Origin: Octopus vulgaris
Lineage: Eukaryota
Assembly: GCA_951406725.2 (NCBI GenBank)
Contig: OX597830.1
Span: forward strand, 68,572,001-68,636,000
Length of the DNA: 64,000 nucleotides
Direction of reading: 5' to 3'
A program made the translations under genes and the position numbers. This document shows, piece after piece, positions 1 through 12,304 of this stretch (the first letter of the stretch is position 1; every line of letters begins with the position of its first letter). The notes below the pieces were generated by a model. That model did not search any database and was not told where the DNA came from. It saw nothing but the letters and a program-made list of their open reading frames with translations.

Positions 1-31
<31 letters not shown>

Positions 32-40
32 CCCTCTCTC
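1..40. repeat. (TC)n microsatellite, 5' flank of Tx1-like LINE
   Basis: Directly visible. Confidence 0.95.
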
Positions 41-201
41 TGATCGGTCGTGTTATTCTTTGCTCCGCAGTGAAAGATTGTTTTTGTTCTGAAAATTTTG
101 AAAATTTGCTGTTTTGGTCGTCGAGGCCACATCTTTTCTGCTGTTGCAGCAGAGTTCTGCTGTTCTTTCCCCCTTGTTTCAAGGGGGAAGTGACGAAAAA
201 C

Positions 202-1714
202 ATGAATTTGCCACCAATCTCCTCCGAGTCGGAGGTAAACGTTGAAAATTTGTTTGAAGGCATGAAGGCGAAAATGCGGGAGGAGGAAGGTAGAAGTAAA
301 GAGACGTCTCACGCGAGCGTTACAAAAGCAGACGACAATATGTCTGGCGAAGCTACTACACAACAGGAAAAGTCAAAAATAAATTTTGCGAGTGCAGCAA
401 CTCGCCCCTGTGAAAACATCGTTATTAACAAAGAAGGATTAAAGAAGTACCAAAGTTTATTAAAAAAGAAGGTGATAATGTGCAGTTGTTCCCTCCCAGT
501 GAATTAATTTACGCGACGGAGAGAAAAACTGTCATATACAAGACATATAATGTGAAAAATAAGAAAATTGACTTCGTGCAGAGAGAAGCCATAGAAAAAT
601 GCTTGAGGCCGATATGGCAACAAACTACTTATATAACAAGGGGTAGTCGCTTCGGCACGGTAGAGGTGCGTTTCCCTAGCGAAGAAATAGCTAGGGAACA
701 TTCAACAAGAACGTTGAAGTCGGAAGACTTCTACCTTTTTATTTAGGGATGAGAACTTCCAGAATAACGGTCACAAACATTCCTCTCGAAATAGATGTGG
801 ACTTTATAATAGCAGCGATTCTCTTAGGCAAAGAGGAAGAAATTGCCATTCTTCAGTCTAAGAGATATCGCCCCATGAACTGGTATGGACAAGACTTAGA
901 GCTTGTGATCCAAGCGAACCCCTCGGAGTTGGAAAAATTGCCAAGCTCCCTCACCATTGGAAATAATACCAGCTTGATGGTAATAGTCGAGGGAAGAAAA
1001 CCTAGGTGTTATAAATGTGGCGAGAAAGGCCACATAAGGTCGAGCTGCAAGAAGACAGCCAAAGAAAATACTGCAGAGGCAAGTACGACGCCGAAAACAA
1101 CTACACCGCTAGAAATTGCAGCCACGTCGCGCGCCCCAATTGCCGAAGTTCAGCCGACAACGGGAGAAAACAACGACAACAACAACGATGACAACAACAA
1201 CATCCAGGAGTGGGTCACTATAGAACCTTCAAAAAGAAGACGGAAACGGAAAAATCCACCCTCTTCGGATACACAGGACTATACTCCGAGACAGACAAGC
1301 ACACCCACACCCACAAATACAGTCGCAAACACACACGTAGCCAAAAAAACACACACACTGGAAAAAGCACACACAAACACACACACACACCTACAAACAC
1401 CCACGATTCTACAAGCACACACACACCCACAAACACACACACACAAACCCCTCCACAATCGCCTAACAAAAAAAAGAAACACCCTCACGGCGATAAATAA
1501 AAACAACAACCCATTAAGAGAAAAAATTATTTTAATGAAATCGGCGAAAAAATATATCGTAACAGATATAAATAGTACTATTTCTGAAAATGTCGAATTT
1601 TATACAATAGATAACGCTGATTATTTTGAAAGAAAAAAAGAAAATTTTGCGGAGGACGTCGGCCCGTTACAGATGAACTTTTCAAGCCATCTGTACAGGC
1701 AATTCGCAAAATAA
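202..1714 (+). pseudogene. Tx1-like ORF1 (gag-like) with two frameshifts
   Basis: ORF pieces 70-507, 480-746 and 749-1714 join; zinc knuckle CYKCGEKGHIRSSC. Confidence 0.85.
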
Positions 1715-1811
1715 CTGACCTCGCAAAATAAAACACTCACAGACAGAAAAGAGGAGAGTGAAACTACACCCTCTCTTCCGTTAAAACAGTAAGTTTTAAA
1801 CATTCGACTAG

Positions 1812-4616
1812 TTTTTCACATTCTCGTTTAAACTCGGTTGTATAAACATTCGCGGCCTGGGGTCGTATTGGAAGCAAGGCTACCTCCTTAACGACCTTAG
1901 GTCGCATCGTTTGGATGTAGTGGTAATTACCGAATCCAGACTGAGTGGGCTGCGGGCCTTTACGCCCCTTCTAAACGGCTACGAGAAATACGTTTCTCCC
2001 TGTCGACCTGGAAGGGGCGGTGGAGTGGCAGTGCTAGTCAGGAAAAACCTGGATTTAGAGATTAGAACTGTCTTTATAGATCCGGAAAGCAGGTTGGTCG
2101 TTTTGGATGTGACGCACAGCAGTGGTAAAGTATTCAGGCTGGTCGCTGTCTATGCTCCCTGCGAAGGAAAAGCCGGACAGAAAGAGTATTTCAAAAGCCT
2201 AGAGAATTTTCTTGGCACGTCGAACACGTTAGTATTGCTAGGTGACTTCAACATAATTTGCGATGCAAGCGTAGATTATGTTGGCTCGAGAAAAGAATAG
2301 GAGGGATTACCTCACCTCAACGATATGCTAAGTCGTTTCGAATTGGCAGATAGATTCAAACTGGACCACCCAGATACTCCAGCGTGGACCTGGGCAAGAA
2401 ACGACGGGTCGTCCAGATCTTACATTGATAGAATCATAACTAGAAAGGAAAGATAAGAAAATACTTAGCTGTCCACAACACCATATCGTCAGCTACAGCG
2501 ATCACAAATTAGTGACCTGTACGCTCAACATAGATAGCATGTGTAGACGAGGTACCGGTTACTGGAAGCTAAACAAGTCACTATTGAACTGTGAAGCCTA
2601 CAGGAATCGGATTAAACAATTAATAATTAGGGCGTTAACCGGATCCATTATCAACAACAAATGGTGGTACGCCCTGAAAAGAGCCATCAAATAGAGGAGG
2701 CAATGAGGTCAGGCAGTGCATCGAATGTGTTAGCGGCGAGGTTAGCACTCGACCAACATCTCAAAGCTAAACATGAAGAGTACATTGTCAGGGCTAAGAT
2801 CCGTGCAACGAGACAGGAAGGGATCAACGCAGCCGGATGGGCCCGGGTGGTAGAGGGCCAGCGTGCCAACAACTCAACCATTCGATCCTTGACGGGCCCA
2901 AATGGTCGATTAGTAAACGAACCCGAGGAGATGTGCAAGGTGTTTAATGATCATTTCGCCCAGCTATTCGGGAGGAACGGCGAGCTGGAGCGCGGGGAGA
3001 ATCTCGCAGACTTCCTAGCCGGTTCGCCGCGTCTATCGGGGCCGGACGCGGAATCTTGTGAGAGCCGATTACAGCCAAAGAAGTCGAGGATATGTTGGCA
3101 GACTGCGGCGAGGACAAATCGCCGGGACTCGATGGTCTGCCTTACGAACTCAATAGTAGCATGCCAGACTTCTCTACGTTTTGGCCCTCGAGCCGTTGCT
3201 GAGGAGGTTGGAAACTATGAGAGGCACTCCGCAAGATCTATGGTGCGGAAAGTCAGCTTCGGCGTATGCGGACGACATCACCGTCATCGTTTCCCGAGTC
3301 GAGCACCTACAGTGGGTGGGTGAGGCCTTAAGGGACTACGAAGCGGTGGCAGGACCGAAAGTCAACCGGGATAAATCGGTCGGCTTGCAACTCGGCACCT
3401 GGAGGGGCAAGTCGATGTCTTCCGACAGCGTCGTAGGACGTTGGACGGAAGGACCAGGGAAAATGCTTGGAATCTGGTTAGGTCCAGATCTCCAGATAGA
3501 GAAGAACTGGAGCGAGGTGGCGAGAAAGGTGGCTCTCCTAAATCAGACATGGTCTGAGCGGAAGCTGTCCTTGAAAGGGAGGGCGGAGATTGCAGAGGTG
3601 TTCATCGCCTCTGTAATCACTTACCACCTGACCGTCGTGCCTTGCCCCGATTCGTGGCTGAACAAACTGGAACGCATACTCTTTCGCTTTTTGTGGAGGG
3701 GCAGCAGATCTCTTGTAAGGCGCTCTATTTGCTGCCAAAAGCCGCTGAAGGGTGGGTTAGGGATGCCGTGGCTAAAAATGCGCAGACATGCGCTCAGGCT
3801 TAGGCACCTCTGGATTTACCTGGACGGTGAGCAGGTGTGGTCTCCGTTCGTCAAGCTGTTATTTCCACAGTTCACATCGTTTAACGAACTGACCCATGGA
3901 TCAAGTGTAGACCGAGGTTGGGCATGTGGCATGCAGCGTGCTATCAGGCACTCGTGCTTCTCTCCCAGTCGGGCAACGCCGGTGGCGGGGGTACTGCCTC
4001 GTTCTTCTATAGAGGGTTAGTAGAGTTTAAGTGTGACGACGTCCTAGGAGAAACTCTGGGCTTCGACGAAAATCAACTGGCCAGCCTGTTCCAAAGAACA
4101 TTCGGTCCGGGGCCTATGGATAATTACCAAAAGTCCCTGGCCTGGCAATGTTACAGAGGAGCTTTACCGGTTCGAGATAAGCTCTTTAGACATGGGTGTG
4201 CACCTTCGTCGGTTTGTGCAAGATGTGAGAGGGACAGTGAAACTGTCCTGCACGCGATTGTGCAATGCCCCAAGGTGACTGAACTTTGGGCTTATGTAGA
4301 ACACCTGCTGTCGCATTCGAGAAGAGTACAACTGTCGAGCGAATCTGTAATTAAGATAGATCCGCCGACCTCCCTGAATAGGGAGGAGCGAACCTGTTTT
4401 CTTTTGGTAGTTGCTATGGCGAAAGAAGTAGTGTGGAAGACGAGAATAAAAGGAATTGCAACAGGCATGTTTATCTCCAGTCTCGAGCTAATCGACTTTT
4501 TCGTTTTCCACATGAAACGGAAAATAAGGCTGGAGAAGAAATGCCTGTCGCAAAGTGTGTTTCGTAAAAGATGGAAGTCTATAGCAAGTATGTTGCGAGT
4601 GAAAGAACCTGTTTAA
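1812..4616 (+). pseudogene. Tx1-like ORF2 (APE-RT-zinc finger) with stops, frameshifts and an internal RT deletion
   Basis: CINIRGL, LLGDFN, YWKLN, AYADD, GGLG, CARCERDSETVLHAIVQC. Confidence 0.9.
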
Positions 4617-4832
4617 TCGGGAATGTAGAAAAGGAGAAAGCAAAGTCTTCAGTGTGAGTATGTGGTTTGTGGGGTCAACCACGTCCTCCGCTTCATTTTT
4701 CGTTAATCACTCATTCTCATTTAATTGTATATATATTAATTGTTTGTTTATTCATATGCTTCGTCTCATTCAATACCCTGACCCCAACGTTTTTTTTGTC
4801 CCCTCTTTTTCTCAACCTTATGGTGAATAAAG

Positions 4833-4837
<5 letters not shown>

Positions 4838-4885
<48 letters not shown>
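4838..4885. repeat. (CT)n microsatellite, 3' flank of Tx1-like LINE
   Basis: Directly visible. Confidence 0.95.
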
Positions 4886-4887
<2 letters not shown>

Positions 4888-5006
4888 CCTCTAAAGTATA
4901 TTTTTCTGTGTCAGAACAAACACAATAAATATATTTTTAGACCATAATGATTTTTATAATATATATATATATATATATAAAACTAAAATTTTGATTTAAT
5001 TTCTAG

Positions 5007-5166
5007 GGATTGTGGCCTGCAAACTATTCTAATGGAGGAGAGTATGCCTTGGATCCCAATCATACACATTTTATCCTTGTTGATGGTGGTACCAACGACA
5101 CTTCTGGAGTAGAACGTAAATTCAAAAAACAGTTAGAAGATACTATTTTACAAAACAAAAGGCAAA
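5007..5166 (+). CDS. TRPM: TRPM-family channel exon (SLOG/MHR1-2): GLWPANYSNGGEYALDPNHTHFILVDGGTNDTSGVERKFKKQLEDTILQNKRQ
   Basis: ttctag acceptor, gtaagt donor, 160 nt, phase 0 to 1; LDPNHTHFILVD is the TRPM MHR1/2 signature. Confidence 0.93.
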
Positions 5167-5350
5167 GTAAGTTGTTATTAGAGAAATAAAAACATAAAAT
5201 ATAGACCGGAAATGAAATATTAAGGATAACTGGTTAAATTTACACATACATCATATTAATTTACTCTCTTTAATAGCAAACCAGTCTTTTATTGGTTATA
5301 GTTAGGTTATTATTAATAGTTAACATCTAAACAATTCTATTCTTCTATGC

Positions 5351-5460
5351 CAGTGTTACTCAAACTGTGTCGCGACACATTATTGTGTCGTCAGCAGGGC
5401 GTGGGTGTGTCACAACCGCACAGGAAATCAATATATTAGATACCCAATACCAATTTATTT
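5351..5460. mobile_element. Possible hAT-type terminal fragment
   Basis: cagtgttactcaaactgtg resembles a hAT terminal inverted repeat; the partner end was not found. Confidence 0.3.
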
Positions 5461-5961
5461 CAGCTTTTCGTAATCTATTTAATAGTAGAGTGAACATGTC
5501 AATGCAGGTCCCTACTGGCTATCATATCCCACTTCATATTTAGAGGCAAGATTAAAAAACAAAAAGATAAAAAAAGGTAGAAGTAATCTTCATTATATAA
5601 CACTCATTTTTGTTGTATCTTATTCAGTGTAAAAGAATTAACATATTGCAAGCGCTATTCTCTTGTTCGAAGTAAATCGAAAATCGATTAAAAATTTTCA
5701 AATCCGTACCTGTTTTAGTGAACAAAGCACACTGGAACTGCTTTCAAATTGCCTAAACTTATTACTCACCTATACTGGTATTAGGCATTACTGATAGTTA
5801 AACTAATAATTATGAAATCATATTAAACACATGCCACACTTGCTCCTTGTTCATCAGTCTCGCGAGTTTAGCCTCAGGAACCAGGTGTTCTAATTAAGAG
5901 CAACGTACTATCTCTAACTTTATCGAGTTTAGTATTGGTGGTATTGATTACATGTTTAGTT

Positions 5962-6932
5962 ATCATCCTCATCATCATTATCATGATCTCTTAACGTTCG
6001 CTTTCCATGCTGGCATGTGTTGGATAGTTTGACTGAGGACTGGCAAGCCAGTAGGCTGCACCAGTCTCCAATCTGACCTGGCAAGCTTTCTACAGCTGGA
6101 TGCCCTTCCTAACACCTACCACGCCGAAAGGATAGTGGGTGATTTTTGCATGTCACCGATACGGGAGCCAGTCAGGGACATTGGAATCGAACACGTTCAG
6201 ATAGCGCTTTTTACGTGCCACCGGCATGGGAACCAGTCAAGGGGCACTGGCATCGACCACATTCGGATGGCACCTTTTACGTGCCATCGGCACGGGAGCC
6301 AGTCAGGAGGCATTGGCATAGACCACGTTCGCATGGTGCTTTTTACGTGCCAACGACGCAAGGAGCCAGTCAGACGGCACTAGCATCAACCCACGCTCGA
6401 ATGGTGTTTATTACGTACCACCAGTACAGGTCTCAGTCAGGTGGCACTGGCTACGACTCCGATTTCGACTTCACTTGACTCAACAGGTCTTCTCAAGCGC
6501 ATCATATCGCCTGACGATTCAAGGGTACTTTTAAATGGCCCGGTTATGCAACACTGGCATCTGCCACGGCTTCAATCTCACTTTACTTGCCGGATCTTCT
6601 CAAGCATATCATATATCCAAAGGTCTTGGTCTCTTGTCATTGCATGTGAGCCCCAACGTTCGAAGGTCTTGCTTCGCCAACTCATCCCATGTCTTCCTGG
6701 GTCTACTTCTTCCACAGGTTCCTTCCACTGATAGGCTGTGACACTTTTTCACACAGCTGTCCTCATCCATATGCAACATATGACCATACCAGCGCAGTCA
6801 TCCCTCTTGCACACCACATCTGATGCTTCTTATATCCAACTCTTCTTGCAGGAAACTTTCACTCTGTCGTGTATGCACACTGACATTACACATCCAGCAG
6901 ATCATGCTAACTGCATTTCTTTCAAGCCTACG
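5962..6932 (-). mobile_element. RTE-clade LINE 3' end with (CAT)n-type tail and 66-bp tandem repeats
   Basis: Minus-strand translation gives the RTE C-terminus (WYGHMLHMDEDSCVKK...RPRKTWDE); same family as 21460-21815 and 49350-51212. Confidence 0.8.
6143..6465. repeat. About 5 copies of a ~66-bp tandem unit in the RTE 3' UTR
   Basis: ttttacgtgcca...gagccagtc recurs near 6144, 6209, 6275, 6341 and 6409. Confidence 0.85.
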
Positions 6933-6939
6933 TAGCTTT

Positions 6940-8240
6940 CATTACCATATGTATAGGTTTTAGTTGCTGTTGCAACTGCACCATAGAGGTCTTGACATTT
7001 TTTCTCCATTTTCGTATCCATTACTGGTTGACACGCAAGAATAAGAGAGTAATCTTTTTCTTCAATTTTATCTGCATCATGTCTTAGATTTATAAGCCTG
7101 TGGTATTCTTCTGCTACTGCCTGTTGAGTTAATATTTGGTCCTATTCCAATTTCGTTAATATCTGGAACGTATATCTGCATTTTTGCTTGCAGTAAATCC
7201 TTGAACAAAATTTAGACATTTGAACATATCCGGAGTTAATTCCCTTAGGCTGAATTTTTCATACACTCTGTTAACTACTCCAGAATAGATGAGGAAATCA
7301 TCTTTTATGATAAAATTTAAACATTGCCAGCGAGTACTGAACAGGGGACTTCTTTCGGTGTAAATTTTCGATAAAAAATTGTTTCATCGAAACAAATCTC
7401 ACTTGGCTTCTCTGACAGAATATAATTACTATATTTTTCATTTCGGCAGGGGATAATTTTCTTAAAAGTAGCCATACTTTTTTCATCAATCCAATTTTTA
7501 CATTCTTCTTTGAAGATTTCTTCATATCTTCGAAAACATGCAGAGAAAGCAATCATTTTTCCTGGTTTGTAACTGGATTCTTCATTTGAGCTTGCTACAC
7601 TGTCTGGTGTGTACAAACCTCAAGTATTTTCAGACTTCTTCAACATTAATTCCAGCAGCTGTTGGTTTTGTTGTTGTTGCTGTTTAGTTACTGTTGTTGC
7701 TGTTGCAACTGCAACATAGAGGTCAATAAGTCTTCCATGCTAAAACGATTTTTTTCTTTGGTTTTGTACCATAAAAAATTTTAAGCATCCAAAGCAAGCT
7801 TCGAACAACTCGTCGTCACTTTTATTTCCTGGCTTTGAATATATAATTTAATGAGGAAGGGGGAAAGAAATATTTACATGACGCAATTCGATTACTATTA
7901 CACGAGGCTCGACGCTCTCAATCAACAGCTTACAGTGACTTGCTTCTATGAACTCATCAGTTGTCTATTTAATAGAAATGTGTCAGTCTACTTTTAGTCG
8001 CATGGAGATGGTTGGAAACCTTCCACAACAGAAGAGATAGATTAACTGTAGATTGAGTAGTATACGAGATAAATTAATTTAATTCAGGGAGAAATTAATG
8101 TTGTCATGTGTGTATTTGCAAAAAATACGTATTTATACAAATGTGAACGGAACCTGAGGAAAAGGAAGTAAAGACGTGTGACAAAAGACGGGAAAATGAC
8201 CTTCAGAGATAATGAGTTTCAAAGAGGAGATTGGCAAAAA
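6940..8240 (-). mobile_element. Degenerate Gypsy LTR retrotransposon remnant (gag plus probable LTR)
   Basis: FRRYEEIFKEECKNW..KKVWLLLRKL..YSNYIL resembles Gypsy gag; PBS-like gtgacgacgag near 7810-7820. Confidence 0.6.
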
Positions 8241-8749
8241 AACTAAAATGTTTGGTAATATGGGGTTGAGAAGATCAGTCCATCTGGGTGAAATTGGGAT
8301 AAAATTGAGGCCTTAAAGTGATGTTGTTTATGTCTATACCTCTGCATATGATCTGTGTCCCTGATGAATCTCTCCCCTGCAAAATATCTTCCTTTACCCC
8401 ACTCTCTCTCTCTATCCATGTTCACATCCCACTGTATTTCCTGCCTCTCCATCTTCTACTCACCTTTCACACTCTCACACACCTACCTACTCACCCTGTC
8501 CAGTCCTCCGTACCACTTCCCATATATACACCTCCCTGTAATTTGAGGGAATACCCCAACACATCATCACCCACTTCTCCTCTCTGTTTCCACCAGGGGT
8601 AGCCATGTATCTCCTCTTCTGCAACATACCCGTTTCTGGTTCTTTATTCATACTCTAACTTATCACCTGGAACAAAGCAACCTCACTCAATATCAATCAC
8701 TCCCCCTCAGTTGAAGTGTCTTCTTTTCCAAGTTACTCGGTCACCTCCC

Positions 8750-8965
8750 TGGTGTTGGGGCCACATAAAAAGCATCCAGTAATCTCTGTAAAGTGGTTGG
8801 TATTAAGAGCATTCAGCAGTATAAACCATGCCAAAGCAAATAGTAGAGCTTGGCATGGTCTTCTGGCTTGCAGTTCCTCTCAAACCATCCAACCCATACC
8901 AGCATGGAGGAGGACATTAAATGATGTTGGTATAGACGATGACGATGTTGATGATGGTGATTATG
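8750..8965 (+). repeat. Short RTE-tail-related repeat ending in GAT repeats; further copies near 15520-15720, 39600-39855, 56030-56335
   Basis: Shared ccaacccatgccagcatgga...gatgatg terminus. Confidence 0.65.
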
Positions 8966-9304
8966 ATACTAATTTATGTTTTCTAAAACCTGCTGCTAAA
9001 ATTTAGTTTAGTCTAGTTATACTTTATACATTAGTCAAATATATTTCATAATATTTTACACCTAAATCAAGTTATACTTTATATCTGAATCGGAGATGTT
9101 GTACACCTTAATCAAGTATTCATTACACCTTGATCATGTTATACTTCATGCTTTAAAATGTATATATTTTTAATTAAATCACGTATGTTTTTCATTCAGT
9201 AATCGGGTGTATGTTTTACCCTAATCAGGTTTATTTTATAAATTAACCAGATATATTTTGTATATTAATTGAGTTATAAGTTTCTGTATATACTTTCCCG
9301 ACAG

Positions 9305-9408
9305 AAACCACGATTCCAGCCGTTGCAGTAATGGTTGGAGGGGAACTTGAAACTCTGAAGTCAGCCTATGATTCACTATCTCGCAACAACCCTGTTATAA
9401 TAGTAAAG
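9305..9408 (+). CDS. TRPM: TRPM exon (MHR1-2): KTTIPAVAVMVGGELETLKSAYDSLSRNNPVIIVK
   Basis: acag acceptor, gtcagt donor, phase 1 to 0, matching the flanking exons; resembles TRPM IPxVxVVxEGGPxT...PVVV. Confidence 0.9.
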
Positions 9409-9519
9409 GTCAGTAAATAGACTATTATCTAAATAGGGTTACTGGAAGTTTATTCCATTTATAATGTTTACATATCTAAAGACGTTTGTGGTTAGGAAAA
9501 ATAAACGGAAGAACTATGT

Positions 9520-10645
9520 ATTTTGTTGGTGCAGAATTTTATATAAATATCAAGCTGAATAAAAAGTAAGCAACGCTTTGAAACATGAAATTCAGGACAA
9601 TATAGTTCAACAACGGGGAAATTTAAGTACCATTACAATCAACACATTTTACCAATGACTTACAAGTTTATTTATTCTGATAACATAAAAAAATTTTAGA
9701 GATGATGAACTCTTTGAAAGCTTTTACAACATTAGTTTGATTTTAGAACTCCTTCTTTCGTATGAAATCATCAAGGTATTTGAAAAAGTGGCAGTCGGTT
9801 GAAGAAAGGTCTGGGGAATAAGCTGGCTGGGGAAGAACTTTGTAGCCATGTTTCCTTAACTTCTGGAGCATCATTAGTGAAAAGTCTGATCGATCATTGC
9901 CATGAAGAATGACTGGCCCTCTTCTGCTGACCAGTCTGGGATGGATGAGTAGCAGTTTTTCATTCATTTTGGAAATTTCATGGCATTATGTTTCTGCAGT
10001 AATAGTTTTCCTAGGTTTGAGGAAGTTATGGTGGATGAGTCCAGCAGTACATCACCAAACAATCACCGTTGCCATCTTTTTGAAGAGCTTGGGTTTAGGG
10101 AAGGCTTTCAGTGCTCTATTTTAGTCCAGTCACTGCGAAGAACGTTTTTTATTATTGTACAGAATCCACTTTTCATCGCAAGTTAAAAAATGGTCGAAAA
10201 TGAAGCCGTTTGGTTACGGAGAAGAAGCGACAAACAAATTCAATAGCTGTGCATTTTCTGATTTTCATTCAAATTGTGTGGCACCCATTTGCTGAGCTTC
10301 ATAGATTTTCCAATCGCATGCAAATGGTTGCAGGTAGTTTTCTGGCTAACTTGAAGTTCTTTTGCCATTTCTCGAGTGGTTTTACGTATCTTTCTCAATG
10401 ACAGTCACTAATTGACTGTTATCGATGACAGATGGGCGTCCACTATACTCACGATTTTCAAGGCTCAGATTTCCACTGCGAGATCGTTTAAACCCTTTTC
10501 AAACTGACCTCTATATTTGTCATTTCTTCACCAAATGTTTCGTTGTCATCGTGAACAGTTTCAGCTGCTTTACGTCTTTTTTTTATGATGAATAACAAAC
10601 TTGCTTGAATATCGCGTTTTGACAATTCCATTTCAGTTGATTGTA
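9520..10645 (-). mobile_element. Degenerate mariner transposon (Hsmar1/cecropia-like)
   Basis: KAAET N-terminus, PHNLNENQK (WVPHEL-like), DEKW-like, YSPDLSSTDCHFF and KCVDCNG C-terminus. Confidence 0.88.
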
Positions 10646-10647
10646 AC

Positions 10648-11845
10648 ATTTTCTTTATTGCCCACAGGGTGCCAAACATAGAGGGGACGATACAAATGAC
10701 AGAGGGGTCGATAAAACGAATGTTTTTTCAAAAAATTTTAATAGTTAAAAATTTAAGTTAAAGATTTCGTTTCGACCCCGCAAGCCCTATGCCACCACTG
10801 TAACCTTTCGTATAACCTTATAGATATACTATGCGGATTCCTTCCTTCTCAACAAACTCCTTCTCAACAAACAGGTGGTAAATGAGGACATTAACCAGTC
10901 CAAGGCTGGAGAGGAAGATGCCAGTCATGATTCCTTTCACGTGGGTCTTCCATACCACTTCTTTCGCTATAGTGACCACAGTGAGAAAACAAACCTTATC
11001 TTGTTTTAAAAGATGAAGGACGAACATTCTTTACAATCGATTCGGAAGACAGTTGTACTCTTCTCAGCCTTCACAGCAGGTGTTCAACGTAAACCCACAT
11101 TCCGGAAATTTTGGGGCATTGCACAATTGCATGCAGAATGGTTTCCCTGTCCTGCTCGCATCTTGGGCACATGGGTGAACAAGGGACATCATATCTTGCG
11201 TGTTTATCAGGAAATGGTAAGGCTCCTCGGTAACTGTCATGCCAGGCCAGGGGTCCTTGGAAGTTACCCAGGGGTCCTGACCCAATTGTCCTTCGGAACA
11301 GGCCGGCTAGTTGACCAATATCAAAACCTAGAGTCTTGTCCAGGATGTCATCACGCTGATCCTCTACCAACCCTCTATAGAAAGATGAGGTGGAATTCCC
11401 GACCCTGGCATTGGTCGTGTGACAGAGAAGCTTGAGTGTCTCACGACACTCCGCTTGCCATGCACCCCACTTAAACCAAGGCCCTAGTTCACTCAAACTA
11501 GTAAGCTCAGGAAGTAACGACCGAATGAATGAAGACCGCGCTTGTTCACCATCAAGGTAGAGCTACATATGTCTCAGTGCATGTCTGCACATCAATAGCT
11601 AAGGCCTAGCCCACCCTTTAGCAGGTACTGGCAGCAGGCAGAGCGCTTTACAAGAGGACTTCTACCCTCCCACAAAAAGTGGAAAAGCAGCCACGAATGG
11701 GGGCACGAACGGTTAGGCGGTAGGTAATCCCAGGGGTGATAAACACTCCTGCAACCTCCGCCCTTCCTTTCAGTGATACCCACCGCTCAGACCAGGTCTG
11801 AGTTAGATGGATCACCCTGCTTGTCACCTCACACCAATTCTTCCT
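10648..11845 (-). mobile_element. 5'-truncated Tx1-like LINE fragment
   Basis: FLWEGRSPLVKRS, GGLG and CPRCEQDRETILHAIVQC are homologous to 3650-4616; aataaagaaa 3' end. Confidence 0.85.
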
Positions 11846-12218
11846 TTGTCGATATCTTTATTTTATATTCTACTGCTGACATATATTGTGTTTCTTTGTC
11901 GATAAATTTACTTTATATTGTCACATATCTCTAAAGAATTGTTTCTAGAACAATTTAGTTCCATCTCATACCAAAACAACAGTTGACTCTATCTATTTTA
12001 CTCTTGTTTCCACAACCTAGGCCTGATGGTGTCACTGTATATCATCCCTGGATGCGTTACAGCTAAGTTCACATTAAATTCATAAAGGAGACATCTTTAT
12101 TGGTTGTATGTGTGTATTGTTTAGAATTTCTCTAAATATTTGTTCAATACTAAATTACTAAATTAAATTCAAGATTTAATTTTAATGAATTCTTTAAATT
12201 TTTCCTTTTAATTAACAG

Positions 12219-12304
12219 GGTTCTGGTAAAGCAGCAGACATTATGGCAGATGTTTATGAAGCACTACTCAAGGAAGATGAAGAGGGCAAAGATATAACTG
12301 AAAG
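12219..12304 (+). CDS. TRPM: TRPM exon: GSGKAADIMADVYEALLKEDEEGKDITE
   Basis: aacag acceptor, gtttgt donor, phase 0 to 2; GSG(R/K)AAD motif continues the previous exon. Confidence 0.92.

Larger units (their letters stand above)
41..4837 (+). mobile_element. Near full-length, inactivated Tx1-clade non-LTR retrotransposon in a (TC)n tract
   Basis: ORF1 with CCHC knuckle; ORF2 with APE motifs (NIRGL, VYAP, GDFN, SDH), RT YADD and C-terminal CxxC..H..C finger; AATAAA then (TC)n. Confidence 0.92.

Noticed and set aside
6143-6465. Regularly spaced repeats resembling a CRISPR array
   Set aside because: Whole units are homologous with no unique spacers, the context is a eukaryotic LINE UTR, and there are no cas genes; the same holds for 40895-41250
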